Positions 50,188 to 60,518 of a stretch of DNA of 64,000 bases are shown piece by piece. The notes below the pieces were generated by a model. It ran no database searches, was not told the DNA's origin, and saw only the letters and a program-made list of their open reading frames with translations. Made by a program: the position numbers and the translations under genes. Every line of letters starts with the position of its first letter. Positions within the stretch are counted from its first letter, which is position 1. This DNA comes from an uncultured delta proteobacterium (lineage in GTDB: Bacteria; Desulfobacterota; BSN033; UBA1163). Location: positions 96,001-160,000 of the forward strand of contig CAWHBU010000002.1 in NCBI GenBank assembly GCA_963827685.1. Reading direction: 5' to 3'.

Positions 50188-50358
50188 TTCTGAGTGATGC
50201 GTTCGGAAAAAAATCCCGTCTCCTCTGGCGGAGAGGGCCAGGGTGAGGAGGCATCAGACGACATCCCCGTCAAGATAAATTATTTAATGTCGCTAACGGG
50301 CAGACCAGCGGCGACTTTTGGTTGGCCGATAGTGGGTTGTTATCTGAATCATTTCCTA

Positions 50359-50715
50359 TCAATAATTTATGCCAATCTTCTTAGTAAACTTGTCCAGGGT
50401 TTTATCGAAGGTCCAAAGGGGAACATCCGTTAGTGCAGCCGATGCAATCAGATGGACGTCTATATAGCCCAACCCCTTTCCCATAAGCTGGTTGTTCTCA
50501 ATGAATTCTAAGACTTCTTCATCTTCGGCTAAGATGGTCATAGGAAGGGATTGAAGATGTGTAAGGATTTCACGCCTATTTTTGAGATTCCCACAGGCAA
50601 GCTCACCAATAATGAATGGATGACATACGACTTCCCCATCATTTAATAATTTCTCAAGGCCCACATTCCCGGCACGTAGGTGAGACACCCATACGGAAGT
50701 ATCGACAAGAACCAT
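50359..50715 (-). CDS. vapC: VapC PIN-domain toxin
   Basis: LVDTSVW, HPFIIGELACG, GLGYIDVHL, LWTFDK. Confidence 0.92.
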   Translation of the reverse strand: MVLVDTSVWVSHLRAGNVGLEKLLNDGEVVCHPFIIGELACGNLKNRREILTHLQSLPMTILAEDEEVLEFIENNQLMGKGLGYIDVHLIASAALTDVPLWTFDKTLDKFTKKIGINY

Positions 50716-50716
50716 T

Positions 50717-50914
50717 TTATTTCTCTGCTATCCTCCGGCGAGGTATCCTTTCCAGTTTCTTTTCGGTTCCGCCCAGTTTCGCAAGCCTCTTACTGCTTTC
50801 CATTGCAATGAGTGCCTCCAACCCCAGCTTGACCATGGTTGTTTTCTCTTTAATGCCTGTCAGCTTTGAAACCTTTTTAATTAGATTGTCTTCGATGTTT
50901 AAGGTCGTTCTCAT
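50717..50914 (-). CDS. vapB: VapB antitoxin (RHH-type)
   Basis: MRTTLNIED...LTGIKEKT...GLEALI...LAKLGG; directly upstream of vapC; RBS AGGAGG. Confidence 0.9.
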   Translation of the reverse strand: MRTTLNIEDNLIKKVSKLTGIKEKTTMVKLGLEALIAMESSKRLAKLGGTEKKLERIPRRRIAEK

Positions 50915-50941
50915 ATAACCCTCCTGTCCGTATATGTATCA

Positions 50942-50970
50942 ATATGCATGATTAGTGCATATGTTGTCAA
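50942..50970 (-). promoter_or_regulatory. vapBC promoter with palindromic operator
   Basis: TTGACA (50970-50965) and inverted repeat ATATGCA-N7-TGCATAT (50942-50962) overlapping the spacer/-10. Confidence 0.65.
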
Positions 50971-51152
50971 GAAGGCTTTGGATAATCTTATTCGATAAAT
51001 TTTGCCACATTATAGCTAATGGAGATGGTTTGTCAACGGATAGTTCTCGAGGGAGGTTCTGAAGGTAAATTTCCTGTTGTCATATCAATTCAGGTAATGT
51101 ATAGTCTAAGTCATTTAATGCTTGGAGAAGAACCCCATTGGGAAAAACAGAA

Positions 51153-52178
51153 ATGCATGTGGCCATGTATTATAACAACAGGGATGTACGGCTGGAAGAA
51201 ATTCCAACTCCGAAGGTCGGATCGGGTGAGTTATTAGTCAAGGTGCTGGCAAGTGGCATCTGCGGCAGCGATGTCATGGAATGGTATCGGATTAAGAAAG
51301 CTCCCCGGGTTCTCGGTCACGAAATCGCGGGAGAGATTTTTGAGATCGGTAAAGAGATAAAAAATTATAAAGTCGGTGATCGGGTCTTCGTCTCCCACCA
51401 TGTTCCCTGTAATACCTGCCAATACTGCCTGAACGGTTTTCATACCCTTTGCGACACATTGCGAACCACCAATTTCGACCCAGGAGGTTTTGCCGAATAT
51501 CTCCGTGTTCCCAGGATCAATGTAGATCGTGGAGTATTCGTATTGCCCGATGAAATCTCCCTTGAAGACGGCGTTTTTATTGAGCCATTAGCCTGCGTCC
51601 TGCGGGGGCAGAGATTGGCAAGACTTAAACCTGGGCAGAGTGTTTTTGTCATCGGAAGTGGAATTTCCGGAGTTCTTCATATTGCACTGGCTCGTGCGTC
51701 AGGGGCAGGCTGGATCATGGCATCGGATATCAGTGAATATCGTCTCAAGGCAGCAAAGCAATTTGGGGCGGATGAAACGATCCTTGCAAAAGAAGTTAAT
51801 CCCGCGAAGATTCGAGAAATCAATCAGGGACGGCTTGCTGATCTGGTGATCGTCTGTGCAGGGACAATTTCTGCCTACATTCAGGCTTTGCAATCCGTCG
51901 AACGAGGAGGAACGGTCTTATGCTTTGCTCCTTTAGAGCCGGGTCTCAATTTTGTTTTTCCCTTTTTTGATTTTTGGAATGACGGCATCACCCTCTTGCC
52001 CACCTATGGGGGAAGTCCTTTTGACATTACAGCCGCCATTGAATTGATAAGGGCTCAACGCCTTCCCCTTCGGGAAATGATCACCCATCGGCTTCCTCTT
52101 AAGGAGACAGGTCTCGGATTTCAATTGGTGGCCGAGGCAAAAGATTCCATAAAAGTAATCATCGAACCCCACCGATAA
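51153..52178 (+). CDS. Zinc-dependent alcohol/polyol dehydrogenase (MDR family)
   Basis: GICGSD, GHE, CxxCxxC...C, EPLAC, GSGISG. Confidence 0.9.
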   Translation: MHVAMYYNNRDVRLEEIPTPKVGSGELLVKVLASGICGSDVMEWYRIKKAPRVLGHEIAGEIFEIGKEIKNYKVGDRVFVSHHVPCNTCQYCLNGFHTLCDTLRTTNFDPGGFAEYLRVPRINVDRGVFVLPDEISLEDGVFIEPLACVLRGQRLARLKPGQSVFVIGSGISGVLHIALARASGAGWIMASDISEYRLKAAKQFGADETILAKEVNPAKIREINQGRLADLVIVCAGTISAYIQALQSVERGGTVLCFAPLEPGLNFVFPFFDFWNDGITLLPTYGGSPFDITAAIELIRAQRLPLREMITHRLPLKETGLGFQLVAEAKDSIKVIIEPHR

Positions 52179-52295
52179 TCTATCAAAGCAGGTACTCTCC
52201 AATTGTCAGAAGCGTAGAACTCAATAATTTCTCTTGAAATAATAGAAGAATGTTATATTAAGTTTAAGGCCTCGGGCAAAAGGAGTTCGTTAAAA

Positions 52296-52967
52296 GTGGA
52301 GGAAGAAAAAAGCATAGTGAAAAAGGTTTTGAATGGCCAGCGTCAGCACTGGGAGAATATGTTTTCGAATAAGCCCGAAATGCTTGGCACGGAGCCCAGT
52401 GATCCCGCTCAGAAAGCTGCGGACCTTTTCAAAAAGGAAGGGAGAACCAAGATTCTTGAACTCGGAGGAGGGCAGGGGAGAGATAGTATCTTTTTCGCCC
52501 GGAATGGATTTCAAGTTCATGTGTTAGACTATTGTGAGAGCGGGGTTGAAACAATCGCTCTAAAAGCAAAGGAATTAGGCGTGTCGCAATCTGTCACCGC
52601 TATATGCCACGATATCAGAAAACCTCTGCCTTTTGACGATGAATCTTTCGATGCATGCTATTCCCATATGGTCTATTGCATGGCGCTCACAAGGGCCGAG
52701 CTCGAATTTCTTTCCGACGAAATCAGGCGAGTTCTGAAAGCGAAGGGGCTTAATATTTACACGGTTCGAAACACAAAGGATCCCCATTATGGGACAGGCA
52801 TCCACCACGGTGAGCAGATATACGAAGTCGGGGGTTTCGTGATACACTTTTTCAATAAGGAGATGGTGGAAGACCTGACAAAAGGATTTGAGATCGTGAG
52901 TGTCGATGAATTTGAAGAAAGCCGACTTCCGAGAAGACTTTTCCGAGTGACCCTGAGAAAGAAATGA
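52296..52967 (+). CDS. Class I SAM-dependent methyltransferase
   Basis: ILELGGGQGRD, DIRKPLPFDDESFDACY, RVLKAKG. Confidence 0.88.
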   Translation: MEEEKSIVKKVLNGQRQHWENMFSNKPEMLGTEPSDPAQKAADLFKKEGRTKILELGGGQGRDSIFFARNGFQVHVLDYCESGVETIALKAKELGVSQSVTAICHDIRKPLPFDDESFDACYSHMVYCMALTRAELEFLSDEIRRVLKAKGLNIYTVRNTKDPHYGTGIHHGEQIYEVGGFVIHFFNKEMVEDLTKGFEIVSVDEFEESRLPRRLFRVTLRKK

Positions 52968-52980
52968 AACACGAGAGACT

Positions 52981-53727
52981 ATGATGAAAAAGGTGAATAC
53001 ACGACCTGCTCTGCACACGGAAGTCATTGGATATAAACACGGCGACGCAGTGCTGGAAGGTCATCTGGCCTATAATGATGCTGTCAAGGGAAAACGCCCT
53101 GGCGTTATCGTTGTCCATGCGTGGACGGGGCTCGATGCTTACACCAAGAGGCGAACGGAGCAATTAGCGGAGCTTGGCTATATTGCCATTGCCATCGACA
53201 TGTATGGCAAAGGAGTCAAGGCTAAGGATGCTGAGGAGGCAGCCAGACTGGCTGGTATCTACAGGGCAGACCGAAGCCTCATGCGTAGCCGCGCGAATGC
53301 GGGATTGGAGGTTCTCAGGAAGCACGCCCTTACCGACGCTAAACGAATTGCTGCCATAGGCTACTGCTTTGGCGGCGGAGTGGCGCTGGAATTAGCCAGA
53401 AGCGGGGCCGATATAGCAGGGGTGGTGAGCTTTCACGGCAATCTCGATACCCCCAACCCTGAAGATGCCAAAAATATCAGAGGTAAGGTGTTGATTCTTC
53501 ACGGTGCTGCCGATCCGATAGTGCCAACTGACCAGGTAATTGCTTTTCAGGATGAGATGCGAAAGGCAAATGTTGACTGGCAGATGGCGATTTATGGGGG
53601 TGCGGTTCATGCCTTCACCAACCCTGAATCTGGTCATGATCCTTCCAGGGGTGCAGCTTATAATGAAAAGGCGGACCGACGTTCCTGGGAAGCAATGAAA
53701 ATGTTTTTCGCCGAGATATTTAAATAA
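52981..53727 (+). CDS. Dienelactone hydrolase family protein
   Basis: GYCFGG nucleophile motif, HGAADP, YGGAVHAFT. Confidence 0.92.
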   Translation: MMKKVNTRPALHTEVIGYKHGDAVLEGHLAYNDAVKGKRPGVIVVHAWTGLDAYTKRRTEQLAELGYIAIAIDMYGKGVKAKDAEEAARLAGIYRADRSLMRSRANAGLEVLRKHALTDAKRIAAIGYCFGGGVALELARSGADIAGVVSFHGNLDTPNPEDAKNIRGKVLILHGAADPIVPTDQVIAFQDEMRKANVDWQMAIYGGAVHAFTNPESGHDPSRGAAYNEKADRRSWEAMKMFFAEIFK

Positions 53728-54210
53728 AAAGAAGAACGGACTGGATTTGCCCGAGAAGAGGTCCGGAAAAAAATCACGGCTTATTGAGCCATGGGTCGCA
53801 GATTTAATCAATGGTCCGCATACCATAACAACATCAAAGACTTGTATGATTTTTTTGACTCTTAATTTTCATCGTAATAGTTATTTCCCAGCAGTATTCC
53901 CAACATAAGGCATAATTTTTCCAAGATCAACCGAATAAACCCGAGTCTTCTAAATAGATGGAATACCGCTCGCATTGAGACTGGTTTTTCCTTTCAAAAA
54001 TGGAATGAGGAAAACGACAGCCTCAACTGCTTCTCCTTCCCACTCCTCCCAGCCCTCCCACCAAAACTCATAGCATGAACGCCTCCTAACAACGCCGGTG
54101 GCTGGTGCCGAACATCAGTAAATGTCCTCAGGATGTTTTTCATTGAGTGAAGTGGGTGGGATCTCTAGGTGGGGACGCATTCCTCCACATAATTTGTATT
54201 TGAAAAGCGC

Positions 54211-54474
54211 ATGCTCAACCACGCAGTTCCAAACTACAAAAACTCCCATCCATTGGTAATTACCCTCCGACTATCCCTTTACCCTGACCGAATATTGGGA
54301 GAACAAATCAAGAAATGGCGATTGGAGCAAAGACTATTTCAAAGAGAACTGGCTAAAAAGATTGGGGTGGATGAGATGACGATAGTTAATTGGGAGAAGG
54401 GGAGGACGAAACCGACGAAGAAGAATTTAGAGAGAATAAAGGCAATTCTGGGATTTGAACCGCCAACCTGTTGA
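54211..54474 (+). CDS. XRE-family helix-turn-helix protein (start uncertain)
   Basis: IKKWRLEQRLFQRELAKKIGVDEMTIVNWEKGRTKP. Confidence 0.75.
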   Translation: MLNHAVPNYKNSHPLVITLRLSLYPDRILGEQIKKWRLEQRLFQRELAKKIGVDEMTIVNWEKGRTKPTKKNLERIKAILGFEPPTC

Positions 54475-54568
54475 TATATTTGGGAAAATTAAATGATTAA
54501 AAATTTTCTTGACAAAGGACTAACATTCATATATATAAACGATATTCCTAATCAAGGTGAGATCAATA

Positions 54569-55285
54569 ATGTTTAGATCTGTACAAACTGACCGAATTTC
54601 AAAAATGATTTCGGATCAGATTAAGGAAGCAATCTTCCAAAAAAAAGTTGGAATAGGCGATAAGCTACCTCCGGAACGTCAATTGATGGAACAATTTGAA
54701 GCGAGCCGGGTATCCGTCCGTGAGGCTCTAAGAACCTTAGAGTACTCCGGTATTGTTGAAATCAAGAGGGGGGCTGAAGGAGGGGCTTTCATTAGAGATC
54801 CAAATACCAAGTTTATTAACAACTTCCTACAAGATATCTTTAGCATGGGTAAAGTTAAAGTTTCTGACTTAACTGAAGCCCGTTTAGCAGTGGAACCATT
54901 TTTAGCGAAAATGACAGCAGAACGCATTAATGAAAGTTCCCTTGAACAGCTCAAAGTGAATGTACAAGAGACGAAAGAGTGTTTGAATAAGGGTAACGAG
55001 AGTGATGCCAGGCTACTTAATCTTGAATTTCACCGAATAATTGCGCAGGCGTCTGAAAATCCGGTGATGTTCTTTATGATCGATTCCATCACGGATATTA
55101 TGGAGCGTAACATTTCTTCTATCCCGCTTTCAGTTGAATCCTTGAAACAAATACTTAAGGATCATGAGAAGATTTATTCTGCAACTAAAAACCGAAACCC
55201 TGGAAAAGCGCAGAGTGTAATGCTCAAGCATATCTTGGATATCCAAAGAGCTTTAGAGACATGTAGGAAAGAAACTCCTATTTGA
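54569..55285 (+). CDS. GntR/FadR-family transcriptional regulator
   Basis: GDKLPPERQL...SRVSVREALR...GAEGGAF; FCD domain FHRIIAQASEN; TTGACA promoter at 54509. Confidence 0.92.
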   Translation: MFRSVQTDRISKMISDQIKEAIFQKKVGIGDKLPPERQLMEQFEASRVSVREALRTLEYSGIVEIKRGAEGGAFIRDPNTKFINNFLQDIFSMGKVKVSDLTEARLAVEPFLAKMTAERINESSLEQLKVNVQETKECLNKGNESDARLLNLEFHRIIAQASENPVMFFMIDSITDIMERNISSIPLSVESLKQILKDHEKIYSATKNRNPGKAQSVMLKHILDIQRALETCRKETPI

Positions 55286-55386
55286 GGAAAGAAATGGATC
55301 ACTTATAACATTTATATTTGTTGCCCTTTGGCTGATTCAAACAATAACTCTTGATTTCACAATCTCCATGAAACAAGGATATAACT

Positions 55387-56931
55387 GTGATAATTAAAAT
55401 TCAAGTTCGAAAAAATAATTATTATGATTCAATGATTCTTTTAAGAATCAATACGGAAATTGCAAAGATGCCAGGTGTGCTTAAAGCAGGAATCATGATG
55501 GGAACTGATAGAAACAAAATTATTCTCCGAGATTATGGCTTCTGGAATCGAGCAATGAATGAATCTTGTGCTAGTGATTTGATCATTTGTTTGATGACAG
55601 AAAAGAGAAGAATGCTGGAAATGGCACTTGGAAAAATTGAGACAATGATTCATGAAAGGGTTATTTCACGTAAGAGCAGTTTTCGTTTCTCAAGTTTTGA
55701 TGCTGCTTTTAATGCATTACCAAGTGCCAATTTTTCAATTATATCTATCCCAGGAGATTTTGCAGCCAATGAAGTTCGTAAATCTTTGCGTAAAGGGATT
55801 AATGTCTTTCTCTTTAGCGACAATGTTTCAATTGAAGAAGAAATTGAAGTCAAAAATTTAGCCGTTCAGAAAGGGTTATTGGTGATGGGACCAGATTGTG
55901 GGACGGCCATTATTAATGGGATTAGGTTCGGATTTGCCAATGTAACTCAAAAAGGGCCAGTTGGCATTATAGGTGCTTCCGGGACAGGTATACAAGAGGT
56001 ATGTTGTCTGCTTGAGCAGTTTGGAAATGTGGGGATTTCGCATGCTCTGGGTATAGGGGGGAGGGACTTATCAGATCGAGTAGGAGGACTAATGTGTTTG
56101 ACAGCTATTGATCTGCTGGAAAATGATCGGGATACGCAGATTATTATTATTATTTCCAAACCCCCCGGTGAAAAAACAGGATACAAAATACTTGAAAGGG
56201 TATCAAAATGTAAAAAGCCAGTTATATTAAATTATATTGCTTCCTCTATTGAGAACTCTCTTGACAATAATACAATTTTTGCTTCCACATTCGAGGAGAG
56301 CGCTCAAAAAGCAATAGATAAATTGGGAGGAGCTATAAAAAGGAGGGACGGTTCAGCAAATTCTGATGTATTGAAAGATTGGATTAATGATCAAAGAACG
56401 AGTTTGAGTAAAGGGCAAAAGTATCTTAGGGGAATTTTTTCAGGGGGCTCATTATGTTTAGAAGCATTGGGATTGTTACGGAAGTCTTTGAAAGGAATTT
56501 ATTCAAATGTCCCTTTAGAGGAGAAATACAAACTGAAAGATGCAAAAGTTTCTTTTAAACATTCAATAGTTGATTTGGGGGATGATGAATTTACCTATGG
56601 AAGAGTTCACCCAATGATCGATCCTACCTTAGTTGCAGAAAGGATTCTCCAAGAAGGCAGAGATCCTGAGGTAGCAGTCATAATATTCGATGTAATCTTA
56701 GGTTCCGGGGCGCACCCTAACCCTGCAGCCATATTAGCCGAGGCGGTAAAAGCATTGAGGATGGAGAATGAGAAGAATAAAAGAAATATCATTATGGTTT
56801 CACATGTTTGTGGAACAGTTGGTGATCCGCAAAGGATTTCAATTCAAGAAAAAATGTTAAGAGATGCGAGGGTTTGTCTAGCGACCAGTAATCAGGAAGC
56901 AGTAGAAGCTGTTAAAAGAATTTTTTGTTGA
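55387..56931 (+). CDS. fdrA: FdrA family protein (acyl-CoA synthetase-like; AllF-like)
   Basis: YYDSMIL, FLFSDNV, VMGPDCGT, GASGTGIQEV, GIGGRDLS, SKPP, DLGDDEFT.GR.HPMIDP. Confidence 0.92.
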   Translation: MIIKIQVRKNNYYDSMILLRINTEIAKMPGVLKAGIMMGTDRNKIILRDYGFWNRAMNESCASDLIICLMTEKRRMLEMALGKIETMIHERVISRKSSFRFSSFDAAFNALPSANFSIISIPGDFAANEVRKSLRKGINVFLFSDNVSIEEEIEVKNLAVQKGLLVMGPDCGTAIINGIRFGFANVTQKGPVGIIGASGTGIQEVCCLLEQFGNVGISHALGIGGRDLSDRVGGLMCLTAIDLLENDRDTQIIIIISKPPGEKTGYKILERVSKCKKPVILNYIASSIENSLDNNTIFASTFEESAQKAIDKLGGAIKRRDGSANSDVLKDWINDQRTSLSKGQKYLRGIFSGGSLCLEALGLLRKSLKGIYSNVPLEEKYKLKDAKVSFKHSIVDLGDDEFTYGRVHPMIDPTLVAERILQEGRDPEVAVIIFDVILGSGAHPNPAAILAEAVKALRMENEKNKRNIIMVSHVCGTVGDPQRISIQEKMLRDARVCLATSNQEAVEAVKRIFC

Positions 56932-57023
56932 TCCTCGTTACGGATATTATGGAGCCAAAATCAGGATAGTAAGATAGTTTATTATTTTTCATTAAAATAC
57001 TTAATATTTGGTAGAGAATCACC

Positions 57024-57911
57024 ATGTTATTACAATTAATAATTAATGGCTTTTTAATTGGATGTGTATACGCATTGGCAGCCGTAGGACTCACCATCGT
57101 ATTTGGGGTTATGAAAATCATCAATTTTGCACATGGTTCTCTACTGATGATAGGCTTATATTTGAGCTATTGGGCGTGGAAGCTACTTGGTATTAATACT
57201 TATTTAACTGCCCTTCTTGTGATTCCAGTTAGTTTTGCTATTGGGTATTACCTGCAAAAATTTGTGATGGAGCCGCTTTTCTCACGTGAGCGTGCGGAAG
57301 TGGTTGAGCCTATTAGTCTTATATTGCTCACTATCGGCCTCTGGATCATGGCAGACAATTTGGCCTTGCTTTTCTTCCGCGCTGATGTACGGAATGTTAG
57401 CACTAGTTTTTCATATTCGTCGTTTATGATCGGAGATTTAATCATCAGCACACCAAAACTTATCGCTTGTTTAACTTCTCTTGTTTCGATAGGAGCATTG
57501 GATCTATTTTTCAAGAAGACCTACATGGGGAGGGCAATTTTAGCAATTTCTCAGGATCGGGAGGCAGCGATCTTACAGGGCATTAACTCATATTATGTTT
57601 TTCGCATTTCTTTCGGAATCGCTACCGCGGTAACCAGTCTATGCGCTGTCCTCATCATCCCATTTTATTATCTGTATCCCACTGTTGGCCTATTTTTTGG
57701 TATCAGAGCATTTGTGATAGTTGTATTGGGAGGAATGGGGAGCTTCACCGGGGCTTTACTTGGGGGAATTATGATAGGACTTATTGAAGGGATAGGCTGC
57801 AATTTTAGTACTTCAAGCGCAGTTGAAGGTTACGTCTTTTTGGGTTTCATTATGATGTTGCTATTCAGACCCTCTGGATTTTTTGGTAAAAAGTGGAGAG
57901 TCGGAGATTAG
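57024..57911 (+). CDS. livH: Branched-chain amino acid-type ABC permease (LivH-like)
   Basis: GLTIVFGVMKIINFAHG, AISQDREAA, VVLGGMGS. Confidence 0.88.
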   Translation: MLLQLIINGFLIGCVYALAAVGLTIVFGVMKIINFAHGSLLMIGLYLSYWAWKLLGINTYLTALLVIPVSFAIGYYLQKFVMEPLFSRERAEVVEPISLILLTIGLWIMADNLALLFFRADVRNVSTSFSYSSFMIGDLIISTPKLIACLTSLVSIGALDLFFKKTYMGRAILAISQDREAAILQGINSYYVFRISFGIATAVTSLCAVLIIPFYYLYPTVGLFFGIRAFVIVVLGGMGSFTGALLGGIMIGLIEGIGCNFSTSSAVEGYVFLGFIMMLLFRPSGFFGKKWRVGD

Positions 57912-58069
57912 GTTTTTGCATTAAAATTGTTTTTCCTTTCCGAAATTAAAGATTTACAGTGAAGTTTGAACCACTTGTAAAGAAGCTATAGATCCTTCGT
58001 GTAGAATTTTGAAAAATTTTCAACAATGCGAATTTCGTGATGGTGCAAGTGAATTAGGGAGGTGTATCA

Positions 58070-59347
58070 ATGGAGAACATTAAACAAAAGATTAAGGAGG
58101 CAAATGAGAGAGCGATCCGGAAAGTATTAGAAGCAGACCCTTACCTCGTCGATACCAAACCAGCCTCCGAAGTCATCCCAGGAATTAAGGACTATTTGCT
58201 TCTTCACGCAGCTCCTAATATCGAATGGGACCGTATGTGTAATCCTCAAAAGGGGGCAGCCATAGGTGCATGTCTTTTTGAAGGATGGGCCAAAACCCCT
58301 GAAGAGGCTATGAAACTCTGCGAGGATGGAAAGGTTACGTTTGATTCAGCCCACAATCACCAGTCTTTGTGTGCTGCGGGTCATATGCTTTCTCCCTCCC
58401 AGATGGTTTTTGTTATTGAAAATCGTAAACACGGGAATAAAGTTTATATTCATATTCAAGAATCCAGATACGTGGCGCTTCGTTACGGTGTATATACACA
58501 AGAGGTTATAGATAACCTCAAGAGAGCGCGTGACATTCTAATGCCAGCATTTGGAGTCGCTTTGAGAAAGGCCGATGGTATAGATCTAATAAAATTTATT
58601 GCCGAATCTCTTCATATGGGGGATGAGGGACACAATAGAAATGTAGCCTCGACTGGTTTGCTTCAGAGACAGTTGATGCCACATATGTTTAAGGGGCGTC
58701 TTGACTATAAATTAATTGAACTTATGGCAAATTTTTTTGAGCAAGAGGCTCAGTTTACAGTTACCATAAAAATGGCAGCGATGAAATGTCGAGTTGATGT
58801 CGCTCATAACATTAAATATAGCACGCTTGTCACAACAATGGGAAGAAATGGCACAACTTTTGGTATTCGAGTGAGCGGACTAGGAGACGAGTGGTTTGTT
58901 TCTCCGGCTCCTGAAGTTAAGGGTTTTTTCTTTCCGGGGTATACAAGAGAAGATGCTGCCTTAGATATGGGTGACAGTGTCGCAACTGAGGTTGGAGGGA
59001 TCGGCGCTTTTTCTTTGGCTGCCGCACCAGCATTGGCGAAGTATGGAGCTACGGTGGGCCTCGGCGGAACATTTGAAGACGCGATGAATACAACACTTAG
59101 GGCCTATGAAATAACTATGGCAGAAGATCCTCGTTTACAAATTCCAACACTAAATTTTCGGGGAGTTCCTGTGGGGATTGATGTGCTGAAGGTTTTAGAA
59201 AAAGGATTCTGTCCTGAAATAACCACGAGTATCGCTCACAATAAGATGAACGGTGCTGGGAAAATTGGTGCTGGGATTGCTATAGCTCCTATGGAATGCT
59301 TCAAGAAAGCGTTCTTGCGGATGGTTGAAAAGTGGGGACTTAAGTGA
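58070..59347 (+). CDS. DUF1116 family protein (YlbE/YahG; AllG-like)
   Basis: LLHAAP, LHMGDEGHNRN, MGRNGTTFGIRVSG, DMGDS..TE..GIG, FRGVPVGID. Confidence 0.9.
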   Translation: MENIKQKIKEANERAIRKVLEADPYLVDTKPASEVIPGIKDYLLLHAAPNIEWDRMCNPQKGAAIGACLFEGWAKTPEEAMKLCEDGKVTFDSAHNHQSLCAAGHMLSPSQMVFVIENRKHGNKVYIHIQESRYVALRYGVYTQEVIDNLKRARDILMPAFGVALRKADGIDLIKFIAESLHMGDEGHNRNVASTGLLQRQLMPHMFKGRLDYKLIELMANFFEQEAQFTVTIKMAAMKCRVDVAHNIKYSTLVTTMGRNGTTFGIRVSGLGDEWFVSPAPEVKGFFFPGYTREDAALDMGDSVATEVGGIGAFSLAAAPALAKYGATVGLGGTFEDAMNTTLRAYEITMAEDPRLQIPTLNFRGVPVGIDVLKVLEKGFCPEITTSIAHNKMNGAGKIGAGIAIAPMECFKKAFLRMVEKWGLK

Positions 59348-59413
59348 GAGGCTGTTCTTATGCTTTCTTAAGATTCTATCGGGCAATTACAGGCTCCTAA
59401 ACTTCGTTGGGAA

Positions 59414-60499
59414 TTGTGGAAAATGAGTTGTAACAATAAGCGAGGTTTAAAAATTCTTGCTAACGTCAAAATCGAGAAAGTTTTGAGAGGAAAGATAGCT
59501 AAGAAGCACTTTCTATCAGTTTTTTGGGCTCTCGTATTTATTTTGTTTTTCATATTCGTTATTCCGGTGATCGTAGCCGACAAGTATTACCGGCATATGA
59601 TAATAACAATGTTATTTTTCGGCTATATGGCTATGGCCTATAATATTATAAGTGGCTACGGTGGACAATTATCTCTCGGGCATTCGGTTTATGTCGGTAT
59701 AGGTGCTTACACCGCAGCGATTATGTATACTCAATTCGGTATAACCCCTTGGATTGGGATTCTCGCTGGTGGGATAACAGCTGTCCTTAGTAGCTTCGTA
59801 ATAGGCTATCCTTGTTTCCGCTTAGGTGTTCGCGGACCGTATTTTGCTCTTGCAACGCTTGGCTTTTCAGAATTAGTGAGAATTGTTTTCTCAAATACCC
59901 ATAGTTTACTAGGTCTCAAAATTCAAGGAAGTATGGGTATACTGATCCAATCAAAGGGTCAATCGATATTAAGCTTTCAATTTATGAATAAGCTTTATTA
60001 CTATTATATAATACTTGGCCTACTATTAATTGTGATATATGTCACATACGCGCTTGATAAATCGAAGCTGGGCTATTACCTTAAGGCAATTAAAGGTAGC
60101 CAAAGCGCAGCGGAATCATTAGGGGTTCCTCTTACTAAAGTAAAGATGGTGACTAATTGTATTAGCGCATTTTTTACTGGGGTGGGAGGTGTATTCTATG
60201 TCCAATGGATTTTATTTATCAATCCTGAAAGGGTAATGGGTCTTGAATTCAATATCGATTTTTTGGTTTTTTGCTTAGTTGGGGGATTTAGTACATTTTT
60301 AGGGCCTGTCTTAGGAGCTTTTTTATTAGTACCAATTGCAGAAATCACAAGAATCTATTTTGGAACCACTTATTTGGGAAGTCATTTGATAATTTATGGA
60401 GCTGTATTGATATTTAGTGTCTATTTTTTACCTAACGGTATTATAAAACCACTTAGCGATGGATATGATTGGATTTTGGCCAAAGTGCAAAAATGGTAA
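59414..60499 (+). CDS. livM: Branched-chain amino acid-type ABC permease (LivM-like); start uncertain
   Basis: GYGGQLSLGH, GPYFALATL, AAESLGV, VGGFSTFLGP. Confidence 0.88.
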   Translation: MWKMSCNNKRGLKILANVKIEKVLRGKIAKKHFLSVFWALVFILFFIFVIPVIVADKYYRHMIITMLFFGYMAMAYNIISGYGGQLSLGHSVYVGIGAYTAAIMYTQFGITPWIGILAGGITAVLSSFVIGYPCFRLGVRGPYFALATLGFSELVRIVFSNTHSLLGLKIQGSMGILIQSKGQSILSFQFMNKLYYYYIILGLLLIVIYVTYALDKSKLGYYLKAIKGSQSAAESLGVPLTKVKMVTNCISAFFTGVGGVFYVQWILFINPERVMGLEFNIDFLVFCLVGGFSTFLGPVLGAFLLVPIAEITRIYFGTTYLGSHLIIYGAVLIFSVYFLPNGIIKPLSDGYDWILAKVQKW

Positions 60500-60518
60500 A
60501 AATTCCTGGAAACGAACC

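Noticed and set aside
53730-54210. Gene or attachment site at the island's left border
   Set aside because: No credible ORF, tRNA, integrase or direct repeat could be identified.
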